In this document: in pieces, positions 12,991 through 24,200 of the stretch
How the letters are laid out: the number at the start of each line of letters is the position of its first letter
Numbering within the stretch: position 1 is the first letter of the stretch
Assembly: GCF_020745735.1 (NCBI RefSeq)
Contig: NC_083417.1
Span: forward strand, 63,302,001-63,366,000
Origin: Hemiscyllium ocellatum
Lineage: Eukaryota
Direction of reading: 5' to 3'
DNA: 64,000 nucleotides
Notes under the pieces: generated by a model
What the model was told of the DNA's origin: nothing
The model's input: only the letters and a program-made list of their open reading frames with translations
Database searches by the model: none
Translations under genes and position numbers: made by a program

Positions 12991-15173
12991 ATAGACGGTG
13001 ACTTATGCTCTTTATTCCTGTTTCCCACCCCTCCCCTACCACCCACCCATCCTGTCAGGCAAATAGGATTGTGAGCTTTGAGACTTATGTTCGTTCAAAA
13101 TCAATCATTCTATCACTGCTGCCATCCATTAAAATGACCCATAGTATTGTACCTGAACGACATATCACAACCTCACACTTTATTGATACCAAGATGCTGC
13201 GTGATAGCACACCAATGTAAATATTGGCCAGCCTTTATATCTTGTTTATAAAGGAAAGTCGACAATACTTTTGGCCAAACAAATTCTTTAACAAATTTGT
13301 TGACTAGCTCTCCCTAAAGTTGTCTAAACTTTGTAGGAGTTTGAACCTAGGCACGTGACATGCTCTTGCAGTCTCTTGACTATTTGCTGTTCCCAATCGC
13401 TCCTTTGACTGGAAATAACTTGATTTACAATGCTGGAACCTTCGGTGTATCTTTGCATTATGCTCTGTTCAGCAACAGCACCTCTCAGCAGAAACCTATG
13501 TCTTCACCTTGCTGGACATAGGGAACTGGCACATATTACAGCGTTGCAATGAAAACTGCACAACCTGGATGGCAGCCAGATGAGCATCAACCAGAGTTCA
13601 TGTTGATAGTATTGGGCTTTGGGATTGGTTCTAACTGGACATTTCTTTGAGTGGCAAGAACTAAATTATTCTTGTGTTTCAGTAGGTTCCTTCTGTCCGT
13701 TTTCTCCAACTGAACTCACCACCCGTAATAAGGGTTTGGTTAAAACACATTCCTTGGCAGTCATATTTATTTTGTATTTTGCTTTTGAATAGAATATGGT
13801 CTTATCTTTTATTTTCAGTGGAAGAATGGCTCAGCCTCAGTTGCATTTTAGTAATGCTTTCACCGTAAAGTGTAGAACTTAGTTGTATCTGTGTGCCTGT
13901 TAGGTTTGGCTGTTGTATTGAAAACGATAGACATTAAACACGAATGACGCAAAAATAACAGTTTTGGGACAGGTTGCGCACTTGTGGATTCAGCGGAGTT
14001 CCTCCTGCTTACCTATCCACTGACCGAGAAGGTCTTAGGAGATCATGTTTAGTGAATGGTTGTTTTTTGCTTAGCAGTAACAAGTTCCCTAACGGAGCTT
14101 AAATTATATTTTAAAACAAACTGCGTGCAACCTAAATGTTAATATAGAAATGCATGTTTCAAAATTAGAAAACTTGTCCTGAACTTAGTTTTCAACTTGC
14201 GACAAGTTGGAAATGTTTGTGTAAACTTTGCTCTGGGCGTGGAAAGCTCCCGATGTTAGATTGGTTTTGCAATGGACTGGTCAGCAATTCTTCGATGTAG
14301 CATTTCCTAGTAGATACAGATATTTCAAATAGTTGGTTCTTAGCTTGACTGCAATGAACGTCAATAATGATTGCAGTACGTTTTATGTTATAAAACCAAA
14401 TACTCCATAGTTCACACAGTAGTATCATCCATCTTCCCAATATATTTAAATTCTTGCTTTCTTTGCCACCTTTATGCCTGCATATAATGTAGAATTGTCT
14501 TGCAGTTTGGGTGTTGATGCTTTCTTGGAACCAGGTATTTGCAGGGTGGCATACATCAGATTGTTATCTTCGCTTCCTTTTTTGGTCTGTGAAAGTAAAA
14601 TTTAATATCACGCATTATCCCACCATTGACTCTTTGCTAAACACAGTCATTTTTTAAAATAAAAAGACTTCAGTGGAATTTCCTTTCATCATTTGCCAAC
14701 TTCAGATTGTAACAGAGTTTATAATTATTTTTAACTGATTTCTCTCCACTCTGTAGCTCTGCAGTAAAAGTTCTTGTTATTCTGATTTAAACTTCTCATA
14801 AAATAAGCTAGAATATCAGCATTGCCCATTAAAGAAAGCACGTTATTACTTCAATTAAAATAGCAAATGAATGAAATGCCGGTGTATTAAATGTGTTTGG
14901 AATGCTGATATTGCAAAACATCACTTTTGACACCCAATTTCTGAGCCATGACAGCCAATGTGATGTGCTTACCGATTGGATAGGCCTCAAGTTGCAATTT
15001 ACTACCAGCTTTACCCCCCATTGTTGCTGATTTACCGAACCCTGGGACCCAGGCGAATATGGTGAGCCTTGGCCGAGATGGTCGGGCCCAGTACAGTATG
15101 GGTTAAACCTCTGACCTTTCGATTCCTACAGTTTAGATTAGGGCCAAACATCATTGAACGTCTTTTAAAAATG

Positions 15174-15293
15174 TTAAAGCTTCACTTGATCATAGACGGT
15201 AATCTTCTTTGTTTGTTTGGGATTCTTATTTGTCTTGGTGCTGAATTCGACCGGGTAGGCATAAGGAAGTTTGTTCTGAGTTCCGTACTTTGT
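15174..15293 (-). CDS. Candidate terminal exon (TKYGTQNKLPYAYPVEFSTKTNKNPKQTKKITVYDQVKL*) with TxYxxV motif
   Basis: Phase-0 acceptor gattttacag|ACA; the same reading frame and VYDxVKL motif are kept in the paralogous segment 50840-50965. Confidence 0.55.
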   Translation of the reverse strand, partial: TKYGTQNKLPYAYPVEFSTKTNKNPKQTKKITVYDQVKL

Positions 15294-18200
15294 CTGTAAA
15301 ATCGCTATTTGCCACTCTTACCAGTTCAGTTGCTATCATTATTACTGCTAGTTCATAAAAGGAAACAAGGATAATTTTCATTGCATTCTCACGCAAAACT
15401 CACAGTAAGACCTAGCTGTCCATTTGATATCTCCCCTGATTTCTATTTCCAACAAAATCGGCAAAAGAGACATCGACATCAGTTTAATTTTGTCTTTTTT
15501 GTCATAGCATAGCATGCAAACAAGGAATAAGAGCAAGGCACTAGGCCCTTCAATCCTGCTCCATCATTCAACAATGTCATGGCCGACTCTGTCAACGCTC
15601 CATTCAGATTCCCCTCGATAATCTTTCATCTGCTCTATCATCGACAATTTATGTACCCCGCCGTAACACATTTAACGTTTCTGCATTTAGTGCTATTTGA
15701 AGAAGGCATCTTCAAAGACTTACAACCCTACGACAGAAACGAAAAATCCTCACCCCTGTCTTAAATAGACAATCATTTACTTTTAAACTTGGCCTTCTAC
15801 TTTTAGATTCTCCCACAAAAGGAAAGATCCTTTCAGCATCCACCATGCCAAATTTGTCAGGATCTTATATATTTCAATTAAGTCACCCCTAACTCTTCTA
15901 AACTCCAGAGGTATAGGCCAACTCAATGGTTTATAGCTTTTGAAAAGGAAGAGAGAAATCAAAATTAACATAGGCCCCAAAGAGAAGGAGGTGGAGAAAA
16001 AACATGGCGGAACCAGGAAATGTTAGAATACACTAGCAGCTTTCTAAGTTATTAATTATCCAAGGGCAAAAGGAGGAGTGGAATTAAAGAAAATAACTGT
16101 CACTGGAGAGGATGCGTCAGGGAAACTAATGGGGCATAAGACTAATATGTCCCTTGGACCTGATGCAGTACATTACACAATATCAAGGGGAGAAGATACA
16201 GTAGTGGATGCACCAGTAGTAATCTCCCAGAAATCCTTAGATTCTGAAAGAAAAACTCCTAGAGGAGTAAAACTTTTCCAAATCAACATCTTTATTGAAA
16301 AGGCAAGAAGACAAGAAATAGTAATAAATAGGCTAGTTAGCGAACGCTTGAGTCAATTATAAAGGATGCAGATTATTTCAAAATACATAATATCATCAGA
16401 GTCAGCTTGCCTTCATGAAGGGGTAAGCATGTCTGACAAACTGACTTTTTTTAATTGAGGTAAGAAGGAGGGCAGATGAAGCTGAAGCAGTAGATGCAAT
16501 ACTTTTGAATTTTCAGGAGACCTTTACTAAAGTACCACAAACTAGGTTGCTTTATCAGATTAAAAACCCATGGTGTTGCGGGCAGTACATTAACATAGAT
16601 TTAGGATTGGCGAAGTAATAGAAAACTGAGAGTTGGGATAGGGTGGTAGGGCATTTTCAGAATGGAAACCTGGAACTTCTGGTGTGACACAGGGATTAGT
16701 GCTGGGGTCACAAGGTTTCCAATTATATATATTTATATATATTACATTTGGATGTAGCAAGTGAATGTACAATGGCCGAGTTTATGGTTAACATTAAAGT
16801 AGGCTGGGTGATGAGAATTACAAAAAAATCTTTAGAGGGATTTAGCCCGATTACGTGAATGGGCAAAGATTTGGCAGATGGGGTATAATGTGGGAAAATG
16901 TGAGATTTATACACTTTAGCAGAATGAATGGAGGGAACGAATATTCTTTAAGTGCAGAAAGCCTGCAGAATGCTACGGAGCAGAGGAATTTTGGAGTCCC
17001 AATTCGTGAATCACAAAAAGCTAGCACTCACTTACAACAGGCAATAGAGAAGGCAAATGGAATGCTGACCTTTATTTCAGTGAGAATGGAATATAAAAGG
17101 CAGGGATATTTGCCAACACTATACGAGGCACGAGCTAGATCATAGCTGAAATACTGTGAACAGTTTTCTTACCCTTATCTCAGAAAAAGGAGTATTGGCA
17201 TTGCAGGCAGTCCAGAGAAAGTTCACTGGGCTGGTATCAGATCAGAAGGAAGTCTCTTATGAGGACATGTCAAGATGGCTTGGCCTGTACTCATTGGAAT
17301 TTAGAAGAATGAGAGGTGACTTGACTGAAACACACAATATTCTTAGGACAATTAACGAGGTAGATGCGGAGAATTTGTTTCCCATGTGAGAGCCTAGGAC
17401 CAGAGGGCATATTCTCAGAATAAGTGATTGCACCTTTAAAATAGAAGAAGGAATTTCTTCTGTCAGAGGTTAGGGAATCTATGAAAGTATTTATGACACA
17501 AGTTTGGATTATTAATGTTGGGTTATTAAAAACATTCAAACTATCCATTTACTGACTAAAACTATATTTTAGGCTTGAATATAGATTTTTAGTCTGTAAA
17601 GAAATAAAATGTGAAAGGAAAGAGGCAGGGTTATGGAATAGAGGTTTGTAAGATCAATTTTCAATTCCTTGGATGGTGGAGCAGACTGGATGGTCTAAAT
17701 GGCTTAGCTCTCTTTTGTTATTTCATTCATAATTAGTGGACATCATTGGCTAGGCCAGCATTCATTCTCCACCCCTAACTGCACCAGAGGGAAGTTGAGA
17801 GTCAACTACATTGCTGTGACTCTGGATTGACAAGTAAGGCAAATCAGGTCAAGATGGCAGATTTCCTTCCCTGAAGACCGTGTCTTATGGTCATGAGATC
17901 ACACAAGGGAATCTGCTCATTTCCGGTATTAGTCTAGTAAACCTTGCCTGAACTACTTTCAATGTCCTTCCATCAAAAGGGTCACCAGTATTGTACGCAG
18001 TGATATAGAATTGCTCTTATCAATCCCTTGCATTAATGAAATAGGGAGCTGTTCTTCTGATAACAATTCACGACAGTTTGCATGATCAACGTTTACTGAA
18101 ATTAGCTTTGCATTCCAGATTTTTCGATTGAATTAATTTCCATTAGCTGCCCTAGTGAGATTTAAACCGATGTCCCCATACTATTAACATTGGCAACTGG

Positions 18201-21200
18201 ATATCTGCCGCTTGTTCTGTTTTATCAAGTCAAAACTACAGCACCCCCTTCCCTTACTGTACAGTGTCTTTTTTTAAACGACTCCATTATCGCAATGACA
18301 AAGTGAAAGTGAGGACTGTTGATGCAGGAGGTCAGAGTCGAGAAGTGTGGCGGTGAAAAAGCACAGCAGGTCAACCAGCATTGGAGGCTCAGGAGTGAAG
18401 ATATTTGCCGAAACATCGACTCTCCTGCTTCTGTGATACTGCGTGACTTGCTGTGCTTTTCCAGCACCAAACTTTTCGACTCCATTATCACAATGTTGAT
18501 GTTGTATGGGAGTGGCGTGGATATTTTGTTCTTGACAATTCTGGCAGCATACCTGGGAATAGTCAGTATTTTCTTCCGCGCGTCTGTGTTTGGAGAATCC
18601 TTTGTTGGCTTTCAATTTTACTGCAGCAGAGGCGGCGTTTTCTTCAGATGGTGCTTTTCTAAGCTAGAAAATAAGATATGAAATATCGATAGAAGCGTGT
18701 TTGATTTTACAGCCAGCCATCGCCAATTGGAACTGAACAATAGAATATTAACGTGCACACAGTAGTTAATCAAACAACCTAGAAATTGCATTCTGTCAAC
18801 TCTCAATGATTTGCATCGAATATCTCACCAATGTGGTTGGGAGTAATGTTCTAAATATGAAACCCAGAGCATTTAAGGCATTTACCTACAATTTAACATA
18901 CAGCTGACGAAAAATAGACATTCATTAATTCCTTGTTTATCTCTAGCTCTCTTCAACCTGGTTGTGGCCTCGGCAGTTTACTTTTTCCATAATTAAGCCA
19001 ATCTATTAGAAGATCAGACAGCGAAGCCTTTGGCTGTTCTCCTTATACTTCTGGAATCTTGCATCCTCTGACTGGCAACCAACAATTAGATTTCTGGCAA
19101 AAATTCTCCCCAAGCACGTCTACAGCCATTATTTCCTCTCCCTCAGAAAGTACGAAACAGCCTGCCCCCAGCACTGCTAACAAAGGAATATAATACAGAA
19201 AGACCTGAGATTTTATGTCCCACACTACTTGAGGAAGATGCCGTGGTTTCGAGAGGACATAACAGAGATTTACTAGAAGGGTCCACCGTTCAGGGGTTTC
19301 AATGATGTTTAGAAGCCTGGACATGATGTTTTACATAGATCAGTTACGTTTAAGGGGAGATTTAACTTAAATGTCTAACATGTTGAGAAATTGTGATGGA
19401 ATAAATTAGGATAAACTATTTTCATTGGCTGGATGTTTGAGATTTAGGGGACAAGATTCGTTTTCATTGGTAAATAATCTGGGGAGTATGTTTGTTCTGC
19501 AACCCAGTGAGCGCCTGCAAACTGACAGAGTGGCAGGAAGAATTCGATAGGAACTTTGAAAAAGAGAACTGGTTGGACACGAAAAATGTAATAAACAGGA
19601 AAATAGCACGAGACCGGAACAAATTGATTAATTGCCTCATAGATGCAGTAGAGGTTCTAACTCTTCATCCCGGGCACTGTAATTCTCTGTTCTGTGAAAT
19701 CTAAGTAATTTCGACCGAACGCAAAACTCATTGCTATCCTTTCCACGCACCCACCTCTTATTTGTTTGGAATATAATGAATATTATCTCCTTACCGGTTG
19801 GCTATTTTGATTTGCTTCCACCGAATTTCTCCCTCTGCCTAATAGAAAGCAAAGTAATATACCATGAGTGACAGAATCACTTATTCAATGTTGTCTTCAC
19901 TGCTAGAAACGTTTAATTTCTATGTATAGTTCAGAAATCTAGTTGGACAATGTTCAGCAGCATCAAGCTCATTATGCTGTGTTTTACCTGCTCACTGCTC
20001 TCATCGCGCTTTACCCAATGACGCAGAGTCAGTCACTATGTGACAGTGCAAGTGCAAGTTGGCATCTTATTTAATCTTACAAAATTAGAATGGAAATAAA
20101 ATCTGCGGATGCGCATATCTGTTTGTGAGTTCGAAAATGCCCACTTAACCTTAATGCCAAATGCCAAAATTCACTTCGAAAAATGTTTCCTTCTCAGGAA
20201 AGAGGACCTCCACTGAACTATAATAGAGGACACTCAAAATTTGGATTGCAGCAACATGGAGGTGAATAAACCGAGTGTATAGTTCGAATAAGAAGGTGAA
20301 ATATTTGCTTTTCAAATCCGGTTAGATCCTCATATCCACAATTTAAAGTCAGACCTTTGACTTCTCACCTGCCCTCTATGCTTTTTACACTGGGTCTATG
20401 GAAATAAAAAGTAAAAAGTGAAATAAGAAAGATTCTTACCAGCTGATGCTTTCAATTTGAGTGTCAAGAAAATGCCTATGATTAATATCATCGCCAATGC
20501 CCCTCCTGCACCTCCAATAATCATCAGACGATTGAAATCTTCACCTACAGAATCAATACGTGATGGAAGTGAACATGTGTGGAACACAGGAGTGACATAT
20601 GCAGAGCATAATGCACAGGATGATAAATTGCAAAGGTGTTTCCCAGGATAACCCAACTGTTAACCAAATTGGACCGTTTTAATTTTGTTGGGAAAACCTG
20701 TACAAGGTCCTTAATTTGCATCAGACCCAATGAGTTGCAGCTCAGCTATGTATTTTATGGAGAAAACAAATATAATGACTTAACGGTGTGAGAAACTTTA
20801 TCTGCATAGGAACACTGTTTGCTCTGAGTAAAGGAAGTTGTACTTGCTCATTCATAGAATCCTAGAAGAATCATAGAATCCCTATAGTGTGGAAACAGGT
20901 CATTTGGCCCAACAAGCCCACACCGATCCCCTGAAAAGTATTGCAGCCAGACCCTATTGCTCTCCATTTCCCCGAATGTTGCAAGAAATCTACACATCTC
21001 TTAACACTATGGGCAATTTAGCTTGGCCAATTCATCTAACTTGCACATTTTTGAACTGGGGGAAGAAACCGAAGCACCCGGAGGAAACCTGCACAGACTC
21101 GGGGAGAATGTGCAAACTCCATAGTCGCCGGAGGCTGTAAGTGAAGCCGGTTTTTTTGGTGAATCAACATTGCGAACCACCGAGCCACCATGCTGCCATT

Positions 21201-24200
21201 TCGGATCTTCCCCACACCACACACCCCATTCCCTATTAGATATATTTTCAATCTTACCTCGATTAAAGGTGTAGCTGACGCTGGTGGGCACCTTAAGACA
21301 AGCATGAGATACCAGACAGGTATAAACTACACCATTCTGCACAGGCTGTACCTCTTCCAATGAACTAGTAACCTCATAAAGTCCATCCACAGTCTTGTTT
21401 TTCACAGTCTCTATTCCAATATGAATTTTCAAACCATCTCTTAACCAAGAGATTCCTAATTCCTCTGGGTAAAATGCAGTCGTTTTGCATTCGAATTTCA
21501 AATAGTTCTCTGAAATCCCTTTTACGGGAACGATTTTCTGGAGTTTCGGAGGAACTATAACAGAAAATCAAACCTTTTAAAATATTAATTTTCATTCTCT
21601 TTTTTTCACCCTTCGCACTCGACCCGTTTCGGCACCCCATGTAATGCTGTTCCATTACTAACGTGACAACAGTTTTCCTTGTTATTCTGTTTGAAACTTG
21701 GTATTTTGCACTTATTTTTAAAAATGCTCGGCAAAATGTTTGGATCATTTGCAAACAATGCACAACGAGCATAAACATGGGTAGAAAAACTTTAATGAAA
21801 TGCAGCTATCATAATCCTCGGGGTTTAGCTTTATGTAAGTGAATTCGGTTTGTTGAACCTTTTTTGGAAGACATTCTACCTGGAGGTAACACACGAATTA
21901 GGAGCTGAAGTAGGACAGTCAATGGGTATCTCCATCCTGGAGGCTCCCTGCCTCCATTCCTGATGAAGGGCTTTTGCCCTCTCTAATCTAAACTTTGGTT
22001 TACACCATCTGCAGTCCTCACTTTTGCCCAGCCAATGGCTAGTCAATTCAGGCATTTGAGCCTGATCCAACAGTTTTTATGATCTTGTCTGAGTTCTTTC
22101 TGTTCCTGATTGGCATTCCCGGTTTGGTCTGAAACCCTTTTTTGAAGTATCAATTCTACATTATTCAAGTGACGTTGTGTCCTCTCCATCTACAAGCGGT
22201 GCTTAGCTGCGAGCTGATCTCCTGTTATAACTTCTGTTGCATCGAAAGAATAAGTTACAATCACGAGCGCAAACGTCTTTTGGCATGTTTGCTGCTGCCC
22301 TTACTTCATTTTGCCTGCTATGCCTACATCAGAGAGTATCCATTTGGCAAACCGCAGGGGGTCAAACAGAGGCAATGGGCAACTTCACTGCCTTACACGC
22401 TTTAGGATTGTGGATAGAATCCAGCATTGAGGGCAACATCAACACTTGCTGTCTCACTGAATCATGTGATTCATTTGTTAAAACAAGCATTGGCATTTCA
22501 AGCATGTTAAAGTGGGAAAATGCGCACCTGAAACACTAAGCAATTCCATTCTTGAACTTACTCTGCCATTCACTTAGGTTATGGTTGAACTGTACCTCAA
22601 CTCCATTTGTCCGGTTTTATTCAATTTCCTTTATCCCCAGGATTAAGTTTACTCGATGTTGATCTCAAAGTTTGAAGGATTTGCGACAGAATAGTTTGAT
22701 CGGCAATTTGGGGTCAAAACATTATCTTGTCTCTGTTGAATATTAATGGCCATGGGTATGTTATCATTCACCTTAATTTGACGTGAATGCATATTGTCGA
22801 TGCTGATTAGATGGTCTTTATGATCTTGTATCAAAGCTGTTGGAGCTGTTAAAATTATTCTTCTGAAAGATTACGACCTGAAATGTTAATTGTGTTTTTG
22901 ATCAACAAGGAAGTACAAAAGTATCAGAGCGGACAGGAAAATGCAGTTGAGACCATAATCAGATCAGCCATAATGTTGATGAGTGGCTAAGTAAACACAA
23001 GGGATGAATGGTCTACTCTTGCTTCTAATTCTTATGGTCGTATTACCTATGTAGATGTTCAGACATGTTTCAAGTCATTTCTGTTCATATTCCAACTTTT
23101 CAAAATCTGTAGTACATTGTTTTGTTTTCTTTTTGATTCTGTTGTCACAGTTTAGTACCGTTATTTTGGTTAGAAGTAAACTGTGCGTTTTGCCTCATGA
23201 TACAAAAGACAGAAATTGCTAGATAAACTGAGTAGGTCTGGCATCATAAGAACATAATAAATAGTTGCAGGGGTAGGCCATTTGACCCTCTAAGCCTTCT
23301 CTGCCATTCAATAAGCTTATCGCTTTCTTGGACTCAGCTCCACTTCCCCGCCCTTTCACCTTTACTTTCTTTAATGTTCAAAAATCTAAGTATCTTTGCC
23401 TTAAAAACATTCCTCGAGCGTAGCTCCAGTGCTTCACTGGAAAGGGAATTCCTCAGATTCACAACCCTTTGAGTGAAGAAGTTGGACCTCAACTCAGTCC
23501 TAAATCTGTTCCCCCTAATTTTGAGGCTATGTGTGAAGTGAAAGGAGAGTTAACGTTTCCTGGTCCAGTGACCTTTCTTCAGAAACGTTCTAAAGGATAG
23601 TTGAATGCTAAACGTTAGCGCGCACAGATGCTGCCAGACCTGCTAAGTTTTTCCAGCAATTTCTAGTTTTGTTTCAGATTTCCAGAATGCACATTTTTTT
23701 GTTTTATCTTATTGCATGAATTTATTTCATCCTAAAATTTGAACAGTTATCCCATTTCACTATCTTGACGCAAGTTCAACTACTTCTGCCCCAAAAAGGC
23801 ACTCATTGAATTAACAACACTGTGCAATGTCATGATCACAATGAGCAGTGGAATTGACCTTGAGATATGGCGTAAGACGTACGAAAGCTAATCAACAGCC
23901 GTTGTACAGCGAGGTCGTTGGGGAAGAGATCCCCTACAATGTGAAGCAAATACTCTGTAACCGAGTTTTCTCTAATTATTAAAGCTCAGATCACATGAAT
24001 TGCATAAAACAGCTGAATAGTTGTTTGTCCTGGGTGCAGTGCCACTTACCGCACACTGTCAGCAATGAGCCGCTTTCCGCTCCATGGGTGGCTTGCTGAT
24101 GCTTTATTTTACAATGATACATTCCAGAATCTGTAAAAGTGACGTTGAGAATGTGAAGCGAGCCTCTTCCTTTCTGGACGTGAAAACGCTTTCTGTTGTC

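Noticed and set aside
19600-19700. Possible exon encoding CIYEAI after cytoplasmic exon 5
   Set aside because: The good acceptors lead to early stops, and the tyrosine-containing frame needs an acceptor with no pyrimidine tract
23900-24060. Recombination signal sequence after the V exon
   Set aside because: The V exon ends in its own G strand and a GT donor. I saw no CACAGTG-spacer-ACAAAAACC beside it; CACAGTG elsewhere (e.g. ~285, ~2073) has no matching gene segment.
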